IMG/VR virus record: IMGVR_UViG_3300037011_000606
Span: 31,098 to 95,097 of that record
Reading direction: 5' to 3' (one strand)
Length of the DNA stretch: 64,000 nt
DNA from: a virus
The translations under genes and the position numbers were made by a program. The notes beneath the pieces are model-generated. The model saw only the letters and a program-made list of their open reading frames with translations. It did not search any database and was not told the origin of the DNA. Shown in pieces: positions 55,521-64,000 of this stretch (its first letter is position 1; each line of letters begins with the position of its first letter).

Positions 55521-55973
55521 ATGAGTGATTTGGTAAAGAGACCCAATGTCCGATCCATGTTGAACTTTGTGAGGGGTTGGGGATATTACGATAATATGCA
55601 ACATATGAAGTTTGTCAATGAGAATGATGAAAATTATGGACCGATTATAGTGTATAATGCCTCAGTGAGAATGTATCTGTATGAAGGTAAGGAGTGGAGG
55701 GAGGTGGATAGGTGGGGAGATGCTCCAATAATTGGAAGGAAACCAGAGGCTCTATTTCACGGTGACCTGTCGCCCAGAAGAATCAAAGCACTGATGATTA
55801 TAGCTAAAGAGCACCATTTGAAGGTTATGATATACTTTGAGCATAGAGACTTGGCATTCGAGTTCTCTAATGAGCCAGAAGGGAATCCAGTGTTTACTGG
55901 AGATGAGAGGATGATATCGTTCTTGCAGAGGTTCTACCCGACGATCGTTGAAGATTTGATGAAGGAGGGATAA
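55521..55973 (+). CDS. hypothetical protein
   Basis: ORF, contiguous operon. Confidence 0.6.
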   Translation: MSDLVKRPNVRSMLNFVRGWGYYDNMQHMKFVNENDENYGPIIVYNASVRMYLYEGKEWREVDRWGDAPIIGRKPEALFHGDLSPRRIKALMIIAKEHHLKVMIYFEHRDLAFEFSNEPEGNPVFTGDERMISFLQRFYPTIVEDLMKEG

Positions 55974-55974
55974 T

Positions 55975-56214
55975 ATGGAAGTTGTATATAAATATCTGGT
56001 AGTGTGCCATGAAAACGGACATATTGTTGTGTGTCAGACCCTGGATGATGTTAAGAAGGGTTTGGCTGATGATAAGTTCTTAATGGGAGACTGGGTATAT
56101 AGGGTGCCTGCGGATTTGAAGATCGGTATAAGCGATATACCTCATGAGAGTGCTTTTATATACGAGGCACTAGATAATATGGGCTATAAGGCAACTTATA
56201 TGGAGGAATTATAA
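55975..56214 (+). CDS. hypothetical protein
   Basis: GGAGG RBS. Confidence 0.6.
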   Translation: MEVVYKYLVVCHENGHIVVCQTLDDVKKGLADDKFLMGDWVYRVPADLKIGISDIPHESAFIYEALDNMGYKATYMEEL

Positions 56215-56364
56215 TGTCTTGGAGAGTAATTGATAGGATAGCGGAGCAATTGGACTATAATGAAGAGTTTGTGATGCGAGGGAAGCTAAGAGAGTATAGA
56301 AAGAAGGGAAAAGTGGTTATGAAGTTGATAAGAGAGATGGAGAAGCTGTTAAAGGAGGGGTAGT

Positions 56365-56745
56365 ATGACGGAGTATGTTAAAGTGGTGGTGGATGGGGTG
56401 GATGTTAAGATAGATAGGTGTTTGTTAAATTTTAGGAAGAGGTTAGAATGGATGATGGAGGCTATCATAGATAATCGCGGATGGAAAGTGGGAGTTAATT
56501 TCGCAAATGATCTGTCTAAAGATGAGAGTTTGAGGATAACAAAAGCGGTAGTGACTGTTATTGGTGATGTGGACAACTGTCTTCAGATGATGTATGTGAT
56601 GGTTGTGCTGTTGCCCAACAATATGACCACAATGCTAGAGTTTGTGGAAGCTTCGGAGATGGAGTATAAGGTGGATGGGTTACCTTTCAGCAAGCCCAAC
56701 GAGCTAGCAAATTGGATAGAGGAGCGTATGAAAAGGGGGAATTAA
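56365..56745 (+). CDS. hypothetical protein
   Basis: GGAGGGG RBS. Confidence 0.6.
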   Translation: MTEYVKVVVDGVDVKIDRCLLNFRKRLEWMMEAIIDNRGWKVGVNFANDLSKDESLRITKAVVTVIGDVDNCLQMMYVMVVLLPNNMTTMLEFVEASEMEYKVDGLPFSKPNELANWIEERMKRGN

Positions 56746-56746
56746 G

Positions 56747-57136
56747 ATGCATTGTGTAGTATGTAAGAGAACAATAAAAGAGGACTGTGATGATTACGAA
56801 TATTTGAAAGAAGAGAATGCTGGAGTGCATAATAGATGCAAGCATTGTTTGAAGTGTCCAATCGTCAAGGAAGATTGCCTAACGAGAGAACGTTGTCCTG
56901 GGTGGAAAGAGTTGACTAGGAAGTTCAGTGAGAGAGATCAGCTGGACGATTACATGTATTTATTTGGTTTTATAGAACCGAAGGACTTCGCCCGGTGTGT
57001 AGCGGAAGGGGAAATCAGTCATCAGATGGCTATTCTAATAATGAGAAGATTGCATAGGGTGTATAATATTCCAGATATGATGGATAGGTATCTGGAAGAG
57101 TTGAAAAAATGGTCGAAAATGGAGGTGTTCTATTGA
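56747..57136 (+). CDS. Cys-rich hypothetical protein
   Basis: CVVC...HNRCKHC..C...C...C. Confidence 0.6.
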   Translation: MHCVVCKRTIKEDCDDYEYLKEENAGVHNRCKHCLKCPIVKEDCLTRERCPGWKELTRKFSERDQLDDYMYLFGFIEPKDFARCVAEGEISHQMAILIMRRLHRVYNIPDMMDRYLEELKKWSKMEVFY

Positions 57137-57312
57137 AGGAAGAAGATGTAGAGAAGGTAATGACAATAATAGATGATAATCCGCTGGATGAATTCTGGGA
57201 GCCGCCGAAGGACCCACAAGATGGGGAACCTAACTCGTGTCTCTTCGAAGACATCTTGAAGATGCTGAACAACAAAGGATGGGATCTAGTGTTAGTGAAG
57301 AAGGTGAAGTAG
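57109..57312 (+). CDS. hypothetical protein
   Basis: ORF abutting 57313; true start may be the TTG near 57133. Confidence 0.5.
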   Translation: MVENGGVLLKEEDVEKVMTIIDDNPLDEFWEPPKDPQDGEPNSCLFEDILKMLNNKGWDLVLVKKVK

Positions 57313-57741
57313 ATGGTGCACAAAAGCTATGGAAGAGGAGTCAGGAAAGGAACCGGAATGCCAGGAAAGCTAATTGTGAGCAGAGCCTCGCAGATGGCCA
57401 AATTCCGCGAGGAGATGAGGAAGGGAAAGGAGGTCGTAGTAATCACCCAACCATTGAATGGTATAACCAGCGTGGTCGAAGTACCCACAGATAACTCTAC
57501 GGTGACTTTCGACCAGAAGAAAATGGCTGAGATAGCAAGCAAAAGCGAGCAGCCGAAGTATGAAATAAGGACCATCGATCCTAATGGAAAGGATGTCAAG
57601 GTGAGGAGATACAGCCGAAGAGATGCTGAAGCAGAAGTCAACAGCATCAAGGGGAAGTTGACTGAAGGATGGAAGATCTTTCTCGGATGGTTCGATGGGA
57701 AGAAGAATGTAGTCAAGGAGATCGAAAGGAAGGATCAGTAA
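57313..57741 (+). CDS. basic hypothetical protein
   Basis: AGGTGA RBS; C-richer codons than neighbours. Confidence 0.65.
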   Translation: MVHKSYGRGVRKGTGMPGKLIVSRASQMAKFREEMRKGKEVVVITQPLNGITSVVEVPTDNSTVTFDQKKMAEIASKSEQPKYEIRTIDPNGKDVKVRRYSRRDAEAEVNSIKGKLTEGWKIFLGWFDGKKNVVKEIERKDQ

Positions 57742-57781
57742 AGTGACTGGGTGGATGAGGTTTAAAACGAGGTGCTAATAG

Positions 57782-58138
57782 ATGAAGAGACTGATGCCCA
57801 GACACTTCTTTAGAAGTATGGGAAAGTATAATTGTAATAAGTGTGGAGGGGAGATCAATGGAGAGTATCATAGAGTGGATGGTCACGGTACCATCCACCG
57901 ATATTGTAAGCCGTGCTGGATTATGAAGATGAGTAAGTTAGAGAAGTGGCAGGCTCTATTGGAATGGTTAAAAGTACACAAAGAGTTTGTAACATGTAGA
58001 TTGCCCAAGGGGTTTCCTTTACATAAGAATGACATAGCTAACGCTTTTATCAGAATGAAGTTGAGTGGTGTGAAAGCTACAAGAGAAGATGTAATGGTGG
58101 ATGGTAAGAGAACTAGATGGTATAGGTTGGAGGGATAA
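57782..58138 (+). CDS. Zn-finger protein (CxxC...H..CxxC)
   Basis: CNKCGGEI...HRYCKPC. Confidence 0.6.
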   Translation: MKRLMPRHFFRSMGKYNCNKCGGEINGEYHRVDGHGTIHRYCKPCWIMKMSKLEKWQALLEWLKVHKEFVTCRLPKGFPLHKNDIANAFIRMKLSGVKATREDVMVDGKRTRWYRLEG

Positions 58139-58139
58139 T

Positions 58140-58349
58140 ATGAAGAATATTGGAGTATGGTGGTTTGTATCTGGATCACGACCAGTGGGTGTAGTGCTGG
58201 CGGAAAATGAAATTAAGGAGAAGAAGCTCTACATAAAAGCTGTTGATGGAATGGATGAGAAGGCTGATATTCGAGAGGTAATGGATTATGGATCCAAGAT
58301 AACCGTTAAGATGCTCAAAGATATGATGATGGGATTAGGGGAGGAGTGA
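58140..58349 (+). CDS. hypothetical protein
   Basis: GGAGGG RBS before ATG at 58140. Confidence 0.6.
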   Translation: MKNIGVWWFVSGSRPVGVVLAENEIKEKKLYIKAVDGMDEKADIREVMDYGSKITVKMLKDMMMGLGEE

Positions 58350-58528
58350 AATGAAAGCGGTGTTGAGAAGGGGAGGGTTGTTCAGGCAATATATTTGCGA
58401 GATATCTGAACCGTGTCGCAGCTCTCACAATCCGACGTTTGCTAGGACTCTTAAAGATGCTCGCAGAAATCTAAAGTGTAATGATTGTAGATATAGAGAA
58501 ATATGCAAGATGAAGAGAAGGTGATATT

Positions 58529-58714
58529 ATGAAGGGTGATAGAGTTAGAGTACATACCGGAACAATAGACAGTGGACCGTTAAATAACTTTGCAGTAGGA
58601 AAAACCTACAAGGTGGTTGAAATTGATATTGAACAAGGACAAATGCTCTACAACCATGATGTCAGAGGTTACGTTCAAAATAAGATAGTGTTTGTAACAT
58701 TCGAGGAGGTGTAA
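58529..58714 (+). CDS. hypothetical protein
   Basis: AGGTGA RBS. Confidence 0.55.
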   Translation: MKGDRVRVHTGTIDSGPLNNFAVGKTYKVVEIDIEQGQMLYNHDVRGYVQNKIVFVTFEEV

Positions 58715-59015
58715 GTATGGATATGAAAGAAAGGTATGATAAGATAATGGAGTTGAGGAAAAAGTATCCGAAGATGGAAGTGGCCATGGAACTAGGTTTT
58801 CATTATAACGCCTCGACGGTGATCTGGTCGACTGATATGGAATTCGCTGAACATCTCAAGGTGATGGAGAGATTAGCAAGTCAATTGTAAGGAGGAAGTA
58901 ATATGGAAGATGAGACAAAGAGTTTGGTAATAGGATGGCTGTTCGGTGTGATACCCTTTGCACTATGCGTCATCCTCATGAAGTTGGTGTGAATAGAGAG
59001 GGGAACTAGTAAGGA

Positions 59016-59249
59016 GTGATAGATGTGTCTATAGAGGTTAAGAAATTAGTGCTGGTAGTTGAATGCCCATCCTGTGGAAGTAGAGATGTAAGGGTTACGG
59101 ATGGCGAGACTCATAGGTGTGATGATGGCTTTATAGATATTGATACATGGGAATGTAATAGATGTGGTGAAGAGTTCAGCGTGACTACGTCAGCGAAGGG
59201 CAATAAGTACACAATGTTGGTTGAAATAAGCGATAGTAGGAAGGGGTAA
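59016..59249 (+). CDS. Zn-ribbon protein
   Basis: CPSCGS...WECNRCGEEF. Confidence 0.65.
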   Translation: MIDVSIEVKKLVLVVECPSCGSRDVRVTDGETHRCDDGFIDIDTWECNRCGEEFSVTTSAKGNKYTMLVEISDSRKG

Positions 59250-59251
59250 AT

Positions 59252-59488
59252 ATGGTAGAGGTTTCTAGGGAGAGTTTGCAGGAGTATTGGACGGTAAAGA
59301 TGGATAAGGATGGCAAGGAGTATATCTTTGGAGTTTCTTATGTTGAAGGTCATGTGGTAGATGATGGTTATAATATTGAGAGGGTGGAGATTGATGGGGT
59401 GGAGGAGGAGGGGGATGTGGATGAGGAATTGACTGAAGAGGCTATTGAACTAGTGGAGAAGGAAAGAGAAAGGAGGGGAAATTTATGA
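59252..59488 (+). CDS. acidic hypothetical protein
   Basis: E/D-rich ORF, coupled to next gene. Confidence 0.55.
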   Translation: MVEVSRESLQEYWTVKMDKDGKEYIFGVSYVEGHVVDDGYNIERVEIDGVEEEGDVDEELTEEAIELVEKERERRGNL

Positions 59489-59748
59489 GGTTGTTGGATG
59501 AGGTAAAAAATGTCTGGGAGCGTTGCGATCCATATGATAATGATGAGGAGGATCTGTCTGTCCCCTTTCAAAATGAGATGGATATGTTGGGGATTTCGTA
59601 TATGGATGAGAAGTCCTATATGGAGGAGAGTTACTCCTTAGAGAGGATAGTAGAGAGTGTAGTTGGTGATGCGGATGTGGTACACGAAGTTGAATGGTGT
59701 ATGCACCAAGGCATCATATTCTGGAGAAATAAGCCGAAGGAGGGATAA
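59485..59748 (+). CDS. acidic hypothetical protein
   Basis: GGAGGGG RBS; ATGA overlap. Confidence 0.55.
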   Translation: MRLLDEVKNVWERCDPYDNDEEDLSVPFQNEMDMLGISYMDEKSYMEESYSLERIVESVVGDADVVHEVEWCMHQGIIFWRNKPKEG

Positions 59749-59750
59749 TT

Positions 59751-60068
59751 GTGGTAGTGGATATAATTCAAAGAGCTAAGAGAGATGGAAGGGATCTAAG
59801 GAAAGCTGGACTAACCTCTGTTGCAGATTTTGATAAGGCTGCGAAGAGGAATATGATAAGGGATAACTGTCATATGAGAACGATCTATGCTTGTGCTTGT
59901 GGTTCCAGAAAGTTCCACCTGGAGCAACAGCCCGATAACATAAAGGCGGTGTGTGCGAAGTGTGGAGATGTTAGGATAATCGCCTGGAACTCAGATGGTT
60001 CGATCATAAGGCTAGATACTATGGAATGGTTCGGGCCTGTGGTTGAAATAAAGATGAAATCGAAGTGA
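59751..60068 (+). CDS. Zn-ribbon protein
   Basis: CACGS..F...CAKCG. Confidence 0.6.
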   Translation: MVVDIIQRAKRDGRDLRKAGLTSVADFDKAAKRNMIRDNCHMRTIYACACGSRKFHLEQQPDNIKAVCAKCGDVRIIAWNSDGSIIRLDTMEWFGPVVEIKMKSK

Positions 60069-60209
60069 TAGTATGGACTGTAGGAATTGTGATAATTGGT
60101 CGGAGGCTTATGGATGTACGCTCGAGAAGGATGAGGAGTGTACACCATCTCCGATAGAAGATAGCCCAAGCATAGAGGATAGATTAGGAAGGAGACCAAG
60201 GAGTGATTA

Positions 60210-60404
60210 TTGATGGATGAGGAAAAGATAGGTATGTTGGTAGGTATGACTATGGAGATGGACAGCTTCATTGGCGATTTGCCAACTAGGAGACAGAGAG
60301 ATGCTGCTAGAGCATCTGTTATGAGATACATGCTTAGAGAGTGCAGCGATAACGAACTGCACGAAGTTCTAACAACTCTCAGGAAGGATCTAAGAGCAAT
60401 TTAA
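60210..60404 (+). CDS. hypothetical protein
   Basis: GGAGTGA RBS. Confidence 0.55.
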   Translation: MMDEEKIGMLVGMTMEMDSFIGDLPTRRQRDAARASVMRYMLRECSDNELHEVLTTLRKDLRAI

Positions 60405-60415
60405 GAGGTGAGGAA

Positions 60416-61057
60416 ATGTTGCCAAAGGTGTTAGATATTAAGGTGGAGTGGAATTTGGGGTGGGAGAATGGGCCTGACTTACAGGTATTACTTTCCAGGA
60501 TACCCAAACCCAACGAGTTAAAATATGAGAGGAATGCTGATGGGATATATATTGCAACCCTAGGGGATTACACTTCGTATTACTTTCACAGTGACCCGCC
60601 AGATAGACCTGATGAGGGTTTTGGAGGGAGGATCTATGAACTTGAGATGAAGACCGGTGAGATAGTTAGGCTTTGTGGACCTTGGTCTTCAAGAGCGGGG
60701 TGTGTGAATATGGATTTCGGCCCAGTAGTTGATGTTCACTTGACCGATGATCCTAAAACAATGGAAAGAGGATATACTTTCATGGGCGGCGCCATCACCC
60801 TCGAGGCTGTGAACTGGTGGATGTTAAAGAGAGTGAGGAAAGAGAGTTTCGATTGGATGATGGTCAAAATAATAGATAATCATGGAGAGGTTGTTTATGA
60901 GCCGCGGAGAATCGATGGGAAGTATTGTCCCACGTGTAAGGGGTTTGGAAAAATCCCTAAGATGATGGTTCATAGGGTAGGAGAAAATGATCTGGTGGAA
61001 TGTAAGAGGTGTGGAGGGGATGGCTTTTATGTTAAGAGAAAGGAGGTTGTTGTATGA
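60416..61057 (+). CDS. hypothetical protein with C-terminal DnaJ-type CxxCxGxG Zn finger
   Basis: GFGGR...GPWSSRAG core; CPTCKGFG...CKRCGGDG. Confidence 0.7.
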   Translation: MLPKVLDIKVEWNLGWENGPDLQVLLSRIPKPNELKYERNADGIYIATLGDYTSYYFHSDPPDRPDEGFGGRIYELEMKTGEIVRLCGPWSSRAGCVNMDFGPVVDVHLTDDPKTMERGYTFMGGAITLEAVNWWMLKRVRKESFDWMMVKIIDNHGEVVYEPRRIDGKYCPTCKGFGKIPKMMVHRVGENDLVECKRCGGDGFYVKRKEVVV

Positions 61058-61392
61058 AAGAGTTTAAGGATATGAGTGCTGAGGAAAAGATGCAAAAGGT
61101 AGTGGTGTTATATAATGATAAGCCTTGGTTCGACGAATATATGAAAGAGAGGGATGTTAGAATAGGAACGTTTAAGAATGTTAGAGAGTTTCTGACAGAT
61201 GTTGTGGAGTACTTCTTTGAGAAGTATAGACATCCCAAGATAACGATGAAGAAGGAGGAGTTGTACTCCCCGGGACCAATACCACCAGCTATGCAGGATG
61301 AGAGTTTCTGTAATAGTTGTGAGGATAAGGATTGCGATCACACAGCAAGAGAGTGTTTGAAGAGGACTACCTTTGAGAGAAAGAAAGTGTGA
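61054..61392 (+). CDS. hypothetical protein with C-terminal Cys cluster
   Basis: CNSC...C.....C; ATGA overlap. Confidence 0.55.
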   Translation: MKEFKDMSAEEKMQKVVVLYNDKPWFDEYMKERDVRIGTFKNVREFLTDVVEYFFEKYRHPKITMKKEELYSPGPIPPAMQDESFCNSCEDKDCDHTARECLKRTTFERKKV

Positions 61393-61490
61393 GATCACTG
61401 GAAAGTGGGAAGTGTGCATGGGATGTACTAACTGTCCCATATATGTCGCTTATGCAAAGAGTTTGATAGAGGATCATAGGAGGAAGGAGA

Positions 61491-61673
61491 ATGAGAGGAA
61501 GTGTTGATTTCAGTAGGGTGAGAGTAGATAATAAGTGTTGTAGGTGTGGATTGCCTATAATGATTATGTTATTGCCTCACTTAACTAAGATGATGGAGGA
61601 GACCGATCAGGCGATATGTCACGATTGTGATAAGTTGAGCAAGTGGAAGAGGGTTACAGATGACACTCAATGA
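61491..61673 (+). CDS. small Zn-finger protein
   Basis: CCRCG...CHDC. Confidence 0.55.
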   Translation: MRGSVDFSRVRVDNKCCRCGLPIMIMLLPHLTKMMEETDQAICHDCDKLSKWKRVTDDTQ

Positions 61674-61899
61674 ACATCTCTCATATATCCTGAAGGAGGC
61701 GGAATTCTACTTGCAGAGGAATGACCTAGCTAACACTCGAAATTTTATTAGGGCATTCTATAGTGTCTGGGATACCATGACAGAGGTAGAAAGGATCGAT
61801 TATAAAGAGAAGTGTCCCAAGGAATTTGCTAGAATAGAAAGGTTGAGAGAGAGGGTTAAAGGTGGAGACTCAATGTTAGATATATTTGACAGTCATTAA
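61660..61899 (+). CDS. hypothetical protein
   Basis: Overlapping ORF. Confidence 0.5.
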   Translation: MTLNEHLSYILKEAEFYLQRNDLANTRNFIRAFYSVWDTMTEVERIDYKEKCPKEFARIERLRERVKGGDSMLDIFDSH

Positions 61900-61944
61900 T
61901 CTATATATAGTTTGAAGTATATACATATATAAGGAGGAGAAAAA

Positions 61945-62208
61945 ATGAAGTTTGTGGAAGTAAAAGATGAAGATGTGCCAACGCGACATAGGACTACGTT
62001 GAAGACCATAAGGGAGTTTATGGAGAGCGGATTGAAATTGGCGAAGCTCGATCTCGAGGATCCTGAGCTAAAGGGCCGCGGGATTAATTCCATATACGTC
62101 TCGATGAAGATGGCATTGAAGGATGGCAAGTATCCTGTGAATGTTATCCAGAGCCGCGGAGAAATATATCTGAGGAGGACAGATAAAGATGGAAACGTTC
62201 CACAGTGA
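61945..62208 (+). CDS. small basic protein with its own promoter (possible DNA-binding protein)
   Basis: TATATATA box at ~61902; AAGGAGG RBS; EFMESG..AK...YVS...V.V..RGEIYL. Confidence 0.65.
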   Translation: MKFVEVKDEDVPTRHRTTLKTIREFMESGLKLAKLDLEDPELKGRGINSIYVSMKMALKDGKYPVNVIQSRGEIYLRRTDKDGNVPQ

Positions 62209-62428
62209 CGGAACAAAAGAATTTGAAGTATATTTGACGGGGGTGAGGTACTGTAAAGTATGTACCTCGTTAACAAGTTTGGAAGAAATAACCAACAGGG
62301 TGAATGTAGAGAATCCAACAGGGGTGGAGAATAAGTGGGAAGTGGCCAGGGAGAATCTGGAAGAGGAGAATCCTTCACCCTGTGTGAGTGAGTCGAAGAA
62401 TCATAAGCATTATATGTTTGTGTGGTGA
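62189..62428 (+). CDS. hypothetical protein
   Basis: VCTSL..EEI..RVN..NPTG...W...PC...H.HY.F. Confidence 0.55.
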   Translation: METFHSDGTKEFEVYLTGVRYCKVCTSLTSLEEITNRVNVENPTGVENKWEVARENLEEENPSPCVSESKNHKHYMFVW

Positions 62429-62703
62429 TTGATGTGATGAGTCATGTTAAAGCATATTGCCCATTTGGCGGAGGGTTATGTGATCATGGAGGATTGGATA
62501 GATGCGGAGTTGGGTTTTGTGGAGTTATGGAGTGCAAGACTCATTTTGAAGTTTATTGGAAGAAGGAGATAGATAGCGAGGCTGAAGAGAAGACCATACA
62601 GATGTTGGTTGATGGTATAGAGGATGCTGTAACTGAACTACCTGATATGCCTGGCGAGGCTCTCGCTAAATTGAAAGAGTTGTTGGAGAAGGCGAAGCAG
62701 TAA
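62422..62703 (+). CDS. Cys-rich hypothetical protein
   Basis: ORF with GGTGA RBS. Confidence 0.55.
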   Translation: MVIDVMSHVKAYCPFGGGLCDHGGLDRCGVGFCGVMECKTHFEVYWKKEIDSEAEEKTIQMLVDGIEDAVTELPDMPGEALAKLKELLEKAKQ

Positions 62704-62820
62704 CGGGCTGAGGGGGTTAGCGGTCGCTCGATTCGGCCAGAAGCGAGATAGCGTTCAAGGTGGTGAGGCAGGAGTGAATTTCAGGTAACGGAAAGAAAGT
62801 GAAATGTGTAGGTGATGACA

Positions 62821-62958
62821 ATGGAATGCTATTGGTGCAAGAGCAAAAATACGAACAGCTTCAATATGTACAACGGCGACGGATGGCAGATGTGCCAGTG
62901 CAAGGACTGCAAGATGATATTCTTCATACCACTGGAGAAAACAGTGGTCTCAAAGTGA
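62821..62958 (+). CDS. 45-aa Zn-ribbon protein (different frame from the 62799 track ORF)
   Basis: AGGTGA RBS; MECYWCKSKNT...CQCKDCKMIF. Confidence 0.65.
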   Translation: MECYWCKSKNTNSFNMYNGDGWQMCQCKDCKMIFFIPLEKTVVSK

Positions 62959-62974
62959 AAAGAAACGGAAAAAC

Positions 62975-63205
62975 ATGGTGATAATAATGTCAGAAGAACT
63001 AGATATGAAGGCAAGGCGGATAGTGCTGGAGTTCGAGGAACGCATAGTCATATTCGATGGGGAAGCGGCCAAGAAGTTATGGACAATTATCGAGGCGGCT
63101 ATGGCGAAGGCCGACTTGGACAGGGCCAATTACGGTGGGTTGCTCATCGCCCCTATGCCCACCCACATCTACGACGCCCGCGACAAGGCTGATTTCCCGA
63201 AATGA
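62975..63205 (+). CDS. hypothetical protein
   Basis: GGTGA RBS before the internal ATG. Confidence 0.55.
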   Translation: MVIIMSEELDMKARRIVLEFEERIVIFDGEAAKKLWTIIEAAMAKADLDRANYGGLLIAPMPTHIYDARDKADFPK

Positions 63206-63221
63206 TGCAAAGTAGAAATCT

Positions 63222-63443
63222 ATGGTGATGAAAATGGACGAACATCCAGACAGAGAGGTACAGGCGGCGATAGTGCGACTGGCTGACGCCCTATGCTCAT
63301 TCGAGAGGGCAACGGGAATAGAATCCGTGGTCATCATCCGAGAGACAAGCGGATTCTGTGCCCGCTTCATGTCGGGGAAGCCCAACATACCAGATGACAT
63401 ACCTGATAATGTCCCCCTCAAAATCATCCAGAGCAAATCGTAA
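63222..63443 (+). CDS. hypothetical protein
   Basis: ORF with GGTGA RBS. Confidence 0.55.
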   Translation: MVMKMDEHPDREVQAAIVRLADALCSFERATGIESVVIIRETSGFCARFMSGKPNIPDDIPDNVPLKIIQSKS

Positions 63444-64000
63444 AGTGGGTGAAATCTGACAAACATGGGTGATGACGATGGAAGAACATCCAAATTGGAA
63501 CAAAATGTATTCGACGATGGGGGCGCACCGGATAGGCCATTACTTCATGGATTATATGATGAAGCAAAAAACCTACCCGTGGAAGGGGACTCAGAACGGC
63601 GAGAGATGGGTTACCTTCGATGAATATTCAAAGGTCCATTTCTGAGACTGGGCCATGTCGGTTGAGTTGCCTTTGGATATGTGGGCCGAGGTCTTTAAGG
63701 AATACATGGAGGACTGAAATCAGATAACATAAGTCAGAATCTTTGGTTAAACTTCGTTCGAGGTAATAATATAGGAGAGGTGAAATAATGAAGTGGAAGA
63801 TGTATGAAAAGAATGGTAAGAAGACTTATGGTTCTACACACAACATATGTCATGGTTACAGCAGATACTGTGATAGAGGTTGTGTATGACTGAAGAAGGG
63901 CAAGCCTAGAAGTAATTGTCCGAAGGTTTATAGAGTTGGAGGCGTGTAGATGAAACATACATTGGCAGAGTTAGAAGAGTATATAAATGTGCTGAAAGCG

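Noticed and set aside
62779-62800. Resemblance of TCAGGTAACGGAAAG to SRP RNA helix 8
   Set aside because: No matching AGCAG partner or closing stem.
46031-63958. - strand ORFs across the early region
   Set aside because: Antisense shadows of purine-rich + strand genes; F/S/L/P-rich with no motifs.

Overview
The window is about 64 kb of a tailed, contractile-tail (myovirus-type) Caudoviricetes genome. The host is most likely archaeal, judging by GGTGA/GAGGTGA ribosome-binding sites, TTTATATA TATA boxes, many winged-helix and Zn-ribbon proteins, and no peptidoglycan lysin seen. From left to right: (1) the end of a + strand operon closing with queC (7-deazaguanine/preQ0 synthesis). (2) A complete - strand late region, 996-43627, read right to left: terS-like gene, about 17.6 kb of adhesin/fibre/holin-like genes, terL, portal, a 941-aa prohead protease carrying apparently inactivated nucleotidyltransferase, DNA-ligase and phosphoesterase-like domains, scaffold, cement, capsid, neck, sheath, tube, frameshifting chaperone, tape measure and baseplate. 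(3) A + strand early region of many small ORFs from 44902 to the end. The outstanding observation is at the divergence point between the late and early regions. The + strand has no cytosine at all for 1,928 bp (43903-45830). This stretch holds an intact gene of about 265 codons written only in A/G/T, whose protein lacks Ala, Pro, Thr, Gln and His. C returns only gradually through the next small genes. Together with queC and a genome-wide shortage of C on sense strands, this suggests an undescribed strategy: a G-free template strand for the first-expressed DNA of a G-modified genome. That link is inference. All product calls come from motif recognition by eye, not database searches.
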